A stretch of 64,000 nt of DNA from Elsinoe ampelina (GCA_010093995.1 ML992503.1:1417234-1481233); one strand, 5' to 3'. Positions 49,372 through 60,734 are shown, counted from the stretch's first letter. Numbers and translations: made by a program. The notes: generated from the letters alone by a model not told the origin.

Positions 49372-51054
49372 ATGGTCGGCACTCGAAAGCGTGCGACCTT
49401 TTTCGACCTGCCTGGAGACGTCCGGTTGAGGATCTACAGGCATGCTCTTCCAGCACCTTCGGTCTACACACTCGATTTTCCGGTTCGGCGCACCCCTTTT
49501 GATCGTATTCCCTCCGAGTACAGACGGTTTGGATCAGAGCCATGGCCTGTCACCAATCTATTGAAAGTCAGCTATCTGGTCCACTGCGAGGCGGTGCCTT
49601 TGGTGTACTCCCTGAACATGTTCCTGACCCGATTGAACCGAGAGAATAGCGAGATGAGAATCTACACATGGTCGAAGCGTGTCCTTTCTTCCCTGAGATT
49701 CCTGTCGATCCAGCTCACGACATGCACATTTGTCGACAAATTTACGGAGCCAGATGGTCCTTCTCGCGAACCGCTCCGTGCGGATGGTCCACACACCGAC
49801 GATATTCTGCGGCCATGGGAGCATATCGTATTTCTCCTGAGAGATACTCTTCCGCCGGACAGCATGACATTGTTTTTATCGTGTGATTGCCAGGACGTGG
49901 CAATGGCACAACGGGTATTGCATCCACTTCACAAGTTACCACGCCTCAGAGACTGCACTATTAGACTCAGTCCAACCAAGTCAGACACTTTCTGCCGATT
50001 GGCTCAGACGGTGGCACGTCAAATCACTGGCTTGCCCCCGAGAGGCCCACCTCGACCTTTCCGGCTCATGGATCTGCCTGCAGAAATACGGTCAGCCGTT
50101 CTTGAGTACACTGATTTGGTTACTCCAATGCGCGAGGTCAGCTGGAATCCCTAACAAGGGTTTCACTTGATATGGTCAGATCAAAACGGACGCAATTTCG
50201 GGACCAATGACCATGCAAGAACTTTTCAGGCCTGCCAGACAGCGCGGCTAGCCACCTCAATGTGCGAGCGAAAGCACTGCGTTTATTCGACTATCGATGG
50301 TCCAGGGCCACGAGCCGCCTTATCGTGTGGCTGGCGGTGGTTCTGTCAATGCTGGGAGCCGCCTAGCCCTCTTCTCCTGGTCTCAAAAGCATTCAGTCAT
50401 GACGCCTTGCAGATATTCTACGCGAAGAACCGCTTCGTGATCAAACCAAAAGGGGATCTGTACACAACCGTCGAGGCTCGTCAACCGCATCGTTCGGAGC
50501 TCTCACACTTTCTTCGTCTCGTGCCCGAATCAGCACTCTGGGCTTTGCGAGACATTGAAGCAGTGTTCCCAGCTTTCGAGGCGCGTCAGTACACTCGAGT
50601 AACACCTCCAGCGAACAATGACCTTTTGAAATTACTCTCCGAAAAGGAACAATTCCTCAATCTCTCGGGGCTTACCATACGACTCTATGTACCATTCTTT
50701 GATACGAGCGACAAGATTGATATCATGGCTTGGAAAACACATGGTCTGCCAAAATGGAAGTTCCCATCAGCTTGGGAGCAACATCGACAAATGGTACTTG
50801 CATTCAAGGAACTGCATGGTTTGCACAAGCTCTTCGTGCACCTTCATAAGCCGTGGCGGCACCGGGACAACAGCAGGTGGAGCATGCACATGCCTGGAGG
50901 CCATGTGTCGACACCGGAGCGATATGATATGGAAGCAGAGCTTGAGAAAGAAGTGATGGGCCCGAATTATGATGGTAACACGCCGGATAGATATGACGAG
51001 CCCAAGAGTGGATGGTGGATGATATTTTGGGACTTGCCCGGGTTGAGTGGTTGA
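49372..51054 (+). pseudogene. Paralog of the 45900-47834 gene with a single in-frame TAA (50152-50154)
   Basis: The two ORFs are in the same frame. FFDLPGDVRLRIY, FRLMDLPAEIRSAVLEYTDLVTPMREVSWNP*QGFH aligns ungapped to DHTDLVTPRREVEWNPTEKFH of the paralog; LLVSKAF..FYAKNRF; LEKEVMGPNYD. Confidence 0.75.
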
Positions 51055-51696
51055 TCTTCTGCCATTCGCAAAAGCTCATGCACTGGGTAGATCACTTGAC
51101 AGGCAGGGCTCTATTCGCGATTGCTTCATAGTTTGGATAAGAAGATCACGGAATGATATCCAGACATGCGGTGAAGGATTGACAGCGGTTGTCGTCGGCA
51201 GAAGCCTGCGCCACAGATCTGGACAGCCGATCTGCCGTTCCCTCCAGCCACGTCTTGACGCCATTGGCGCTCGTATGTGGCGGTGCAGGACCACAATTTC
51301 TCCTCGCGCGTCATATCGTCTCAAAAAGCAGGGAAGACAGTCGTAGATCACATAAATTCAGGGAGCACCCATGTGCCCAAAGAAAAGGTAGGTCATCGTC
51401 TGTCCATCTATCCTTTGTGACCAGAGGTATCACAAGCAGCACTTGTAGTCATTTGGTTGGCCGTCGCGCATTCCTCTCCAAACATCACTGTCCGCACGGT
51501 GCTTGTTTCATCAACCGCTTGACAACACCATTGATTCCCAGCAACGTCACTCACCAGGAAAATCCGCGACAATACCCATTGTTACCGGCGCGAGCTATTC
51601 TTGAATCTGGCCAAATCTACACATTAATACCCATACCATTCGACTGCATCACCACTTCACACACCACCCAGTCCACCACCACACCACACCTCCACA

Positions 51697-52627
51697 ATGG
51701 CCGGCGTCCTCGTCAAGATGGCCGCCAAAAAGGTCATGGGCAAACAAATGAAGCAATACCAAGACAAGAAAGTCGGCGGCACAACCGTAAGCACCTCTCC
51801 CTTTCCCCCCCCTTACCAATCCCAACTAACCCTTACCCCCATAGGACCCCTACTTCACCAAAGTCATCGACCCCCGAACCGGCAAAGAGAAGAAAATGAA
51901 GAAACAAATCCCCGACTACATCCCGGACAACGACGCCCTCATCCTCGCCAAAATGCGCAACCGCTCCTACAAACTCGACATGTGCCTCTTCGAAATCGCC
52001 GGCGTCCGCTTCGGCTGGTCGTCCGTCATCGGGCTCGTCCCTGCCTTTGGCGACGCCGCGGACGCCGCTCTGGCCCTCCTCTTGGTCTGGCGCTGCAGCC
52101 GCGTCGAGTGCGGCCTCGGCGGAACCGCGCTGTTCACCATGCTGCTCAACGTCCTCCTCGACTTCGTGGTGGGGCTGGTGCCGTTCATTGGCGATTTGGC
52201 GGATGCGGCGTTCAAGGCCAACACGAAGAACGTGCGGGTGTTGGAGAAGAGGTTGGACGAGGTGTATAAGCCTAAGGGGCTGAAGGCCAAGGACGCCGAG
52301 AGGCAGAAGAAGGTGAGGGAGGAGAGGAGGAGGTCCGGCATGCCGTACGTCGAGGAGTATGAGAACCCGCCTGCCACGGTGGTGGAGGATTTTAGTGATG
52401 ATGAGAAGGATGAGAGGAGGAGGTTTGTCGAGGAGGGGAGGGCCGCGAATAGGAGGGAGCAGGCTGTTGAGGGCGTGAGTAGGCCGCAGAGGGCGTATGA
52501 TGGGGAGGCGCAGCCGAAGAGGGGGAAATGGTATAATGGTGTTGGCGGTGGGGATGGGGCTGTGGATGAGGAGAGGGGGGAGGTGGTGCCGGCGAAGCCG
52601 ACTAGGAAGCCTTCGAATAGGGTTTGA
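51697..52627 (+). CDS. DUF4112 family membrane protein (2 exons)
   Basis: DPYFTKV...KKQIPDYIPDNDALILAKMRNRSYKLD...GVRFGWSSVIGLVPAFGD...DFVVGLVPFIGDLADAAFKANTKN; intron GTAAGC..CTAAC..TAG. Confidence 0.88.
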
Positions 52628-53163
52628 AGGGAAGGGAATGAGGATAGTGAGGGGTGAGGGGTGGTGGTGATGACTTTCAGCGTTCCAGCGATGGGAGGAC
52701 GGGTTGCCTCACAGACACGACTAGACGACTATGATTTTGTAATACATCAATCAGTCCTTGGAACCATCGAGTATCTCGTCGTGTTGCCTTTAGACAATCT
52801 CATATTGCCATGACTATGTCTATGTCCAAGGTCTCGAAGCATGTTATCGTGCAGCAGCACGCAAAAGGGTCTCCCTTGCAGGACCACCGGACAGTGTAAG
52901 TCTAGGACCGGGCTTCAATAGGGAGAGCATCAGTTCATACGAGTCTGGCTGGCAGCGGATGGCGAATTTAAGATGTTTCATTCGTCAATCATTCTATTAG
53001 GTATATGGCTGTATCTAGTTCAAGCCGTAACGTTGCGAATCGTAAATCGTGATAATCTGAGCCACATGTGTCTTGCGTAGCGTATCATGAACGTCATGCA
53101 AAGTGTCCAATGTGAGGATGGCCTGCCAGGAGCTGAGTGTTCTGAAACTAAGGCTGGAGCGGC

Positions 53164-54834
53164 TCACATTTCCAGCAGCTCCCGCCATCCTGGACGTCTG
53201 ATCCGTTTCCACAGTCGTAGATCGGGCGAAGACGACCTCAAGAAAGTGCCTTGCCGTAGATTCTCAACAACAATGCATTCTATGCTTTTGCGAGTGCAAA
53301 GCGAGATGAATCGAAGGAGGTCCAGCTGCTGCATGCGTAGACGTAAGCGTTTCGGCTCAAGTTCGATGATCAAGATCCGTAGAGCAGGAAGATCATTCTT
53401 TTCGAGTAACGTCTGCAGTCCATCCGTATGGATTACAGATTGGAAGTTCATGAGGCGGACTTCTTCCAAGCCCGGTGGCAATTTGACTCCAGGTATTCCG
53501 TACTCACTGGAATATCTGCAAAGCATGCCGTGGTCAATGTGCAATCGTTTGATTCGCAAAGGCATGAACAGCTTTCTTGACTCTCGCATCGCATGTTCAT
53601 AGTTTTGATGGTTCCGGTTTGGAAGATAGTGGCATCCAATGGTCAGGTCCTCTAGAGTTTCCAATCCCACGTTGAGCTCTCCAGTATTCATGCTGGGACA
53701 CAAATACCAGGGGTATGCATGACCAGGATTGACGACCTGGTCAAACACCAAGCAAAACGTCTTCAAAGAGCCCGTAGAGCGCAATGTAGAACCCACCGAG
53801 CCGTCCCCAAACGTCGCGTGACAGCGGTCCAATTCCAGGCGCCGCACGTTATTGTATGTGGCTGCGACATCTCCGCCACCAGACAGATTACCGCATTCGA
53901 CGACCACATCCTGGCAGAATGGTAAGGATTTGGCGAGTTCAAGCACGCTGGCGACACAGACTACACAGCCAGGTCTGTCAATTCTGCGCACGGTGAGCCT
54001 CTTCAGCACGGCACACAGCACCGGCACTGGAAAGTCCGGCAGGAAGTTCTGTGGCCAAGCCACGAGAAAATTGATCCAGCGTGCGCTGCTCTCATGCAGT
54101 ATGCGTTGTCCACCATGCCGTCGATGCTCGCCAACGCTTTCGGAGAAATCCAACGATCTGAGCCGAGGGCCGAGCAAAGAAAGGAGCAAGCCAAGATAGC
54201 CGTCGTCAAACATGGAACCTTTGAGGGATGAGAGAAGATGCGACTCATGGAGACCCAATCGTTGTTGAAGCGATCGCACATGAGCCCTGAGTGCACGCAC
54301 GAATGCTTCAGAGGTTCCGGGGACTGCCTCTGGTGCAGTCTTGCAAAATTTGTGGTACTCCGAGCGAGGTAGCTTTTGTATGGCATGGTTGGTGATCTTC
54401 AGATGCCTCACGAATTCGCAAAGCTGAGGATGCAGCAGTAGAGTTCGCAAAAGGCCGTAAAGATGAGGCCAAGGCGTCCCGATCGGGGCGTTATAGAAGC
54501 GATCCTGTATGCTCAGAGTCGTGTTCATAGTATTGATAAATCCAGGCAAGAGATCCAGTGATATGGTAGGAGGTACGTTACTGAAGTATCTGCGAACGAT
54601 GGATGGATCTACATTGGCTTGAGATTGGGATCCCTTCCTTGGCTTGGCCTTGCTGGTCCTACGCAGACAAGCATGCCATTCGACGACCTCGACTGTTTCC
54701 CAGAGCTTCGGCAGACATAGTTTGTTGAGTAATTTGCAAGTCAAAGACAGACTCGCAAGACTGTGACGACAGTCCAGCTGATCAGCAACAAGGAAGAAGG
54801 TCTCTGTGGGTAAGTCTAGGATGGAGGTCGCCAT
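53164..54834 (-). CDS. F-box domain protein with LRR-like C-terminal region
   Basis: MATSILDLPTETFFLVADQL...LASLSLTCKLLN...LWETV; LLRTLLLHPQLCEFVRHLKI; degenerate LxxLxL repeats. Confidence 0.75.
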   Translation of the reverse strand: MATSILDLPTETFFLVADQLDCRHSLASLSLTCKLLNKLCLPKLWETVEVVEWHACLRRTSKAKPRKGSQSQANVDPSIVRRYFSNVPPTISLDLLPGFINTMNTTLSIQDRFYNAPIGTPWPHLYGLLRTLLLHPQLCEFVRHLKITNHAIQKLPRSEYHKFCKTAPEAVPGTSEAFVRALRAHVRSLQQRLGLHESHLLSSLKGSMFDDGYLGLLLSLLGPRLRSLDFSESVGEHRRHGGQRILHESSARWINFLVAWPQNFLPDFPVPVLCAVLKRLTVRRIDRPGCVVCVASVLELAKSLPFCQDVVVECGNLSGGGDVAATYNNVRRLELDRCHATFGDGSVGSTLRSTGSLKTFCLVFDQVVNPGHAYPWYLCPSMNTGELNVGLETLEDLTIGCHYLPNRNHQNYEHAMRESRKLFMPLRIKRLHIDHGMLCRYSSEYGIPGVKLPPGLEEVRLMNFQSVIHTDGLQTLLEKNDLPALRILIIELEPKRLRLRMQQLDLLRFISLCTRKSIECIVVENLRQGTFLRSSSPDLRLWKRIRRPGWRELLEM

Positions 54835-55112
54835 ATTCGAAAGAGGTTTTCTATTTTCATGAAGACCAAGGCAACTTGCAACCCACTTACCGCTGCGTGT
54901 CCCTTCTCCTGCGTTACAAATCATTCTAGGAGGGGGAGAGGTCGCAAAGCAATGGGAGAAGAGGGCAATCACTGAAGGTGGTACAAGCATTAGGTAAGCA
55001 GGTCCGCGGCTCAAATGTTGCTCTATGATTGGCTCCCAAAAACAGCTTCGGAGGTTTGACAAAAAGTTGAGCAGTTTGCACGCGATCTCGAATCGCAGAC
55101 CATCCAGACATC

Positions 55113-56745
55113 ATGCTGTGCGCTAGTGAGTCGCTCGTCTATGAAATATAATCTTTGATAATCTGACTCTATACAGTCTCTGGTGAAGCTCCGCAGCACC
55201 CTGTCGCTTCACGCAAGAGTGGTGAGTCCCGCCTAGAAGCTAGCCAATGCGCCGACTGACAAGGGCAGGCAATGTGTATGAGAAGCGCCTGATCGAGCAG
55301 TACATTCGCGAGAACGGCACAGATCCAGTCAATGGCGAAGAATTGACTACAGACGATCTGCTGGACCTACAACAACCACGGACTGTTAAGCCCCGCCCAC
55401 CTACGCAGACCTCGATCCCCGCCCTGCTCGCTACTTTCCAGAACGAGTGGGATGCACTGATCTTGGAAACATATCAGCTCAAACAGCAGCTGGCAGAGAC
55501 ACGGCAGGAGCTCAGTACTGCCTTGTACTACAACGACGCCGCAGAGAAGGTCATTGCACGACTACAGAAGGAGAGGGACGCCGCAAGAGATGCCTTGTCA
55601 AGAGTCACAGTCTCGTCTTCCACCAATGGCGTGAATGGTGATGCCATGCAAGTCGATGGACCAGCACTCTCCGATGCAGTGATATCGAGGATTGAACAGA
55701 CACAACAACAGTATGATGAACATGTCTTTTCCAGTCAGAGTAAGACTGACTTTCTACAGGCTCTCCTCCACGCGACGAAAACGACCTGTACCACAAGATT
55801 GGGCGACACCAGAAAATATTCAAGGATTCGCCGCTACGGAATTATCAACGTCGGTCACTCCGCCTCCGTCGTTCGTTGCTGTGGATGAGACTGGCGATCT
55901 GGCCCTGGTTGGCGGCGCCGACAGCTCCGTGACAGTACAATCGATGACCCAAAGCCAGTCGGAGTACACCTTCAACATCTCTGGCGGCGCCGTTGTCGCT
56001 GGGACATGGTGGGGCTCCAGAGCTGTCATCGGAGCTTCTAGTGGCGACATCAGGATCTTTGAGCAAAAGAAGGAGGTTGGGAAACTATCAAAGCATGCAG
56101 GACCAGTCACTGCTTTGGCCCTGCATCCGTGCGGAGATGTTCTTGCCTCTATCGGAGCGGACAAGAGTTTTGTCCTTTACGACTTGCAGACTCTGGTTCC
56201 TCTGACTCAGCAATACGTTGGCAGAGGTAAGCGCAAAGACGGCCTTGATGGCGAGCAGACACTAATGTCAGATAGAACTTTCTTCCGCCGCGTTCCATCC
56301 GGATGGGCACCTCTTCGCGATCGGCACTGCTCAAGGCGAGATCAAACTTTTCGACGTCAAGACACTCGACAACATCCATACATTTACCTCATCCACTCCG
56401 TCGGCAGTCATCTCCATTGCATTCTCCGAGAATGGCACCTGGCTTGCCACCGTCAATGACAACTCGACCAGCGTCACAGTCTGGGATTTGCGCAAGACGG
56501 CCGAGCTCAAGACGATCGACATAGGTGCGCCACTCAAGCAGGCCGCATGGGACTACACCGGTCAATATCTTGCTGTCGCTGGTCCATCTTGCATCGCTGT
56601 GCAACACTACGCCAAATCCAGCAAATCTTGGTCAGAGCCTCTGCGAAAGGCAGCAGATGCCGCGGTCATCGGATGGGGTTCCAAAGCACAGAGTTTGATT
56701 GCGGCAGGAACAAAGGGTGGCGTTGTTGTGTTCTCGTCGAGCTAA
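55113..56745 (+). CDS. PRP19: Pre-mRNA processing factor 19 (U-box, coiled coil, WD40), multi-exon
   Basis: MLCA/ISGEAPQHPVASRKS/GNVYEKRLIEQYIRENGTDPVNGEEL; PRPPTQTSIPALLATFQNEWDALILETY; RQELSTALY; AFHPDGHLF; WDYTGQYLA. Confidence 0.95.
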
Positions 56746-57137
56746 GGAAGGTGGCACGGAGGACTACTTAGACAGGCAGCATTAGCAGGCGTTCACAGGC
56801 CAAGGATACCTGACACGCGCCAGAGCGTGACTCGATGGAATAAGCGATATGTAGCACAGGAAAAAAGTCGATAATTCCCAGCGTGGCCACTCGTTGTTCA
56901 ATATTCTTTTGTCATACACACAAAGAGTACGAAAAATCCAGGCCTGATCGTCCTAAATCCGACCCGTTGTTGACGATTTGCCCAGGACGTCACACTTCGA
57001 CCACGACGCTGCCCGCCGGCGCTGATCGCCGACGGCGATTTCATTCTTTTCTCTTACATTCAACACGACGTCTGCCAAACGACGATTATTCGATCCATGT
57101 ACGGCGCTGCTGTTGCGGTGATCAGGTGCTGAGCACC

Positions 57138-58712
57138 ATGGCAAGTGGCGCCAATCAACCTCACTATTCGCCATCGACTTACCCGACCACGACGACACAC
57201 GGAGTGAAGGTGAGAATAACCCCAGTGCAACGACTATCACGGGCGGTGAACATGGCTGACTTTGACTTTCCTCCACAGCGTTCACATGCCGCTATGGAAG
57301 TATCACATCGTTCTTCGATTTCACCCCTCTTCGAACCTCTAGATGACCCCCCTCCACCCAACCGATCACATCTAGTTCTGCCGCCACTGGTTCCGACGAT
57401 ACGTAGCCCGGCGCAGAACATGGCACCACCCAATCAGCGCCGTGGGCTCGACTACCGCAGACCGGTTATCGGAGGGTTCGGTCAGTCAAGAGGTGGTGAA
57501 GTGGTAGATCTCACAAACAGCGACGAGGAGGATGAAGGGCTAGAAGACGAGGACGAGGGTGGATGGCGTGTGGCTGCACAAGCGAGGCAGAGACCAAGCA
57601 CTTCAGCGCACCCGGTCATCGACCTGTCGGCAGATTCGAGTCCGGTCGAGCATGCAGAGAGAACAAGAAGTACACCAGAGCACACACGGCGAACGCCCTA
57701 CCTGGAAGGAAGAAGACCACCGAGCTTGGTAAGAGAAGGGAGCTCAGACGTCATGTTCATGCAGATCCGGCAGAGACACGACGACAGAAGAGCACGAGAA
57801 CAACGGGAGGAACGAAACCAGGACCACGGCTCGCCCTCACCAGCTCGACGCATACCTCGACGCATGCCTCGTTCCCTTTTCGACTCGGACGCAGAAGCAG
57901 AAGCAGATGAGCCTATCGATCTCACAGACGACGACGATGTCATTTTTGTGTCCGCGACCCGCAACACGACCCGGCCAGATCAACAAGAACGTTCTGCGAT
58001 GGCGCAGGCACGAAGAGCAGCACACAGAGCAGAAATGGCCAGACGAACGGAACAAGCCAGACGGACGAGGAATCACATTGAGAGGGTGCAGATGCTGCTC
58101 AACGGTGATGGCAGCAACCAACCGAACCCACATCCCACGGACTACCTTCGGAGACATGTCTATCCGGCCGTCGCAGCCACATTCGGTGCTGTGACGCAGT
58201 ACCTACCCCGAGGCGGCAGCAACCCCTCCAGGACTGTGACGCAGGGCTTCGTCCCCCCGGGGGCGATGGACTACAACGCCACAGCCTTCGACATTGGTTT
58301 CAACGAACCACCGAGAGCGCAGGCACAGCCCTTTGTGGTCCCGCCACCCGACAAGGCAGCGGACGGCTTTACGAGAAGTCCAGCCGAGGATGAAGTGGTA
58401 GTGTGTCCCAACTGCGGCGACGAGTTGGCACTGGGCAACACAGACGAGAAACGAAGCGTATGGGTAGTCAAGGGGTGCGGACACGTAAGCTCATCGCATC
58501 TCCCACTCTTGCGAGAGTGGCAGCTAACAATCCAGGTCTACTGCGGACACTGTATTCTCAACCGTGCCGGCGCTAAAAAGTCATCGGGGAAGGGCAAGCA
58601 GAGGGAGACAGGCACGCCGCAGCCGCAGGTGAAACCCTTCAGGATGTGTGTGGTCAAGGGCTGTGATTCGAAGATGGTCGGCAAGAATACGTTGATACAG
58701 CTTTTCTTGTAG
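57138..58712 (+). CDS. SIM-containing RING-like protein, Slx5/Rfp-type SUMO-targeted ubiquitin ligase subunit (start uncertain, 57138 or 57252)
   Basis: SIMs EVVDLT, VIDLS and PIDLTDDDDVIFV; GFTRSP.EDEVVVCPNCGDEL...VVKGCGH/VYCGHC...CVVKGC; 51-nt intron at 58485-58535. Confidence 0.75.
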   Translation: MASGANQPHYSPSTYPTTTTHGVKVRITPVQRLSRAVNMADFDFPPQRSHAAMEVSHRSSISPLFEPLDDPPPPNRSHLVLPPLVPTIRSPAQNMAPPNQRRGLDYRRPVIGGFGQSRGGEVVDLTNSDEEDEGLEDEDEGGWRVAAQARQRPSTSAHPVIDLSADSSPVEHAERTRSTPEHTRRTPYLEGRRPPSLVREGSSDVMFMQIRQRHDDRRAREQREERNQDHGSPSPARRIPRRMPRSLFDSDAEAEADEPIDLTDDDDVIFVSATRNTTRPDQQERSAMAQARRAAHRAEMARRTEQARRTRNHIERVQMLLNGDGSNQPNPHPTDYLRRHVYPAVAATFGAVTQYLPRGGSNPSRTVTQGFVPPGAMDYNATAFDIGFNEPPRAQAQPFVVPPPDKAADGFTRSPAEDEVVVCPNCGDELALGNTDEKRSVWVVKGCGHVSSSHLPLLREWQLTIQVYCGHCILNRAGAKKSSGKGKQRETGTPQPQVKPFRMCVVKGCDSKMVGKNTLIQLFL

Positions 58713-59116
58713 TGACGGGGGAGAAGCTGGCGTGTATAGGGTTTGCAAAGCATTGGTATAGCATAGCGGGGGATCGTTTACGGCTGGGAGGTACCAGGCA
58801 GGATCAGTAGCGTTCATGGTGTAATGAATGAGCTCCGACAGCTCTTGTTGATGCCGATGATGGTGTGGCTCTGTTGTGATCATGGGGTTTCGCCATCTCT
58901 TGCCGCTTCTTCGCCACTGCAAACCGCTGTCGAGGTACAGAATCTGCGTCTCTTGCTCCGCGGTGGCGAAGCATTGACGATTCACGTCCGTCGCACTGAG
59001 GGCGACAGTATTGTGGCATAATCATGATTTCGTAAGTCTATAAACTCCCCCAGCCCAGCAATGCACGCTCCCATCATCTCCATGCCTCGGCGCCCCGTCT
59101 GCGACCCTCGCCCTCT

Positions 59117-60734
59117 CTACTGAGCAAACAACGCCTCCCTAAAAATCTGCACAAACCTCCACACATCCTCAAAAGTATTATACAACGGCGTCGGCGCCAC
59201 CCTGATACACCCCGGCTTCCGCTTATCACACACCACCCCATTCGCCTCGATCGCGGCCGATACCTCCTCCATCTTATCCTCGCGAAGAAGGACGCTGAGT
59301 TGTGCCCCGCGCTCGAGGGGGGAAGAGGGCGTGATGATTTCGAAGAGCTTTTCCTTGTCACCGCCAGCCGAGGGGCCGGGTTTGGTGGTGGAGGAGGGGT
59401 CAGAAGAGGATGAGGATGGGGAGGAGAGGATGGAGAGAAGGAGGTGTTCGGCGTAGGCGGTCAGGAGGAGAGAGCGGGAGCGGAGGGCGCTCATGCTGGT
59501 TTGCGAGAAGACGGAGAGAGAGGAGAGGTGGCATGTTAGGTCTACTGCCGAGGGGTTGGAGAGTTGGTACCCTTGCGCGCCGGGGGTGGGGACGAAGTCT
59601 GGGCGTGTCAGTCTGGGGCGCGCGCGATAGACGAGGTTGAGGGGGAGAAAGGGGACGGGGGAAAGGACGTACTGTTGTCCATCTTGAAGCGCACGGATTT
59701 GTCGCCGCCGTACCACCCTTTGAGGCCGCAGTTACGGTCGTTGTCGCCGTGTTTTGAGTGGATGAAGGCGCCGGCGATCGCGCCTGCGCCGGAGTTCATG
59801 TATTTGTAGGTGCACCAGCAGGCGAAGTCGACGTCCCAGTCGTGCAGCTTGAGTTCGACGTTGCCGGCTGCGTGGGCGAGGTCCCAGCCGATAGTGATGC
59901 CGCGCTTGTGGGCGTGCGCGGTGATGGTGGGAATGTCGAGGAGTTGACCGGTGTAGTACTGGATGCCAGGCAGGAGGATGAGGGCGAGTTCGTCTGCGTT
60001 GTCGTCGATGATTTTGAGGAGGCGGGAGGTGGAGATGATGTAGGAGCCTTCGTCGGGTTCTACGAGGACCATGGCTTCCTTCGCAGAGCGGTTGTGGTGC
60101 TCGATGTGTGATTCGATGGCGTACTGCAGGTGTGTTAGTATCTATAATAGCTAGATTGTCCTTGGGGTCATACAAAGTCGCTGGGAAATGGTCGCCACTC
60201 TGACAAGATCTTGTACTTCTTCTCCGTCGGTCGGTAGAATCTTGCCATCATGAGGTGAAGATTAACAGTCAACGTGTTCATGATGACAATCTCCTCTGGA
60301 CTTGCACCAAAGATATCGGCGCTTTTCTTCGCACATTCCGCCGCAAGATCCTGGTATGGCACGAGTGGCGAATCTTGCATATGCTTGAAATGGCCGTTCA
60401 CGGCTATCGATCCCCATGTCTTCACGTACGAGTCCAGATACTTTTGCGTCCGCTTTGGCGGGAGACCGAGTGAGTTGCCGCAGAAGTAGATGACCGAGTC
60501 CTCGGATGACTCTGGTAACGCCGAAGTCGCCTCATCTTCCTCCAGCGTTGTACGCTTCAGCTGTGCCTTTGTGGGTATCACAAACTCGTCGCGAAAGTGC
60601 TTGATCTCGTCTCGCTGGTCTAGTTGCTCTGCAAATTCAAGGAAATCCGCTTCCGATGGAAAGGACGGCTTCTCGCCCCTTCGGAGCTGCTCGATGGCTT
60701 GCTGGACATTCATTTGTGCCAGTCTGAGGTTCAT
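59117..60734 (-). CDS. BNA5: Kynureninase (PLP-dependent), 3 exons
   Basis: [63 protein letters not shown] (PLP lysine), [28 protein letters not shown]. Confidence 0.95.

Noticed and set aside
45900..51054. RIP as the cause of the stop in the F-box-like paralog
   Set aside because: The paralogs are far too diverged at the DNA level to trigger RIP against each other, and the region is not AT-rich or TpA-enriched by eye.
42905..58535. Stop-free 3n introns in DUF3500 (54 nt) and the RING gene (51 nt), considered as regulated intron retention
   Set aside because: Short 3n introns without stops arise often by chance, the splice signals are canonical, and nothing in the sequence indicates regulation.
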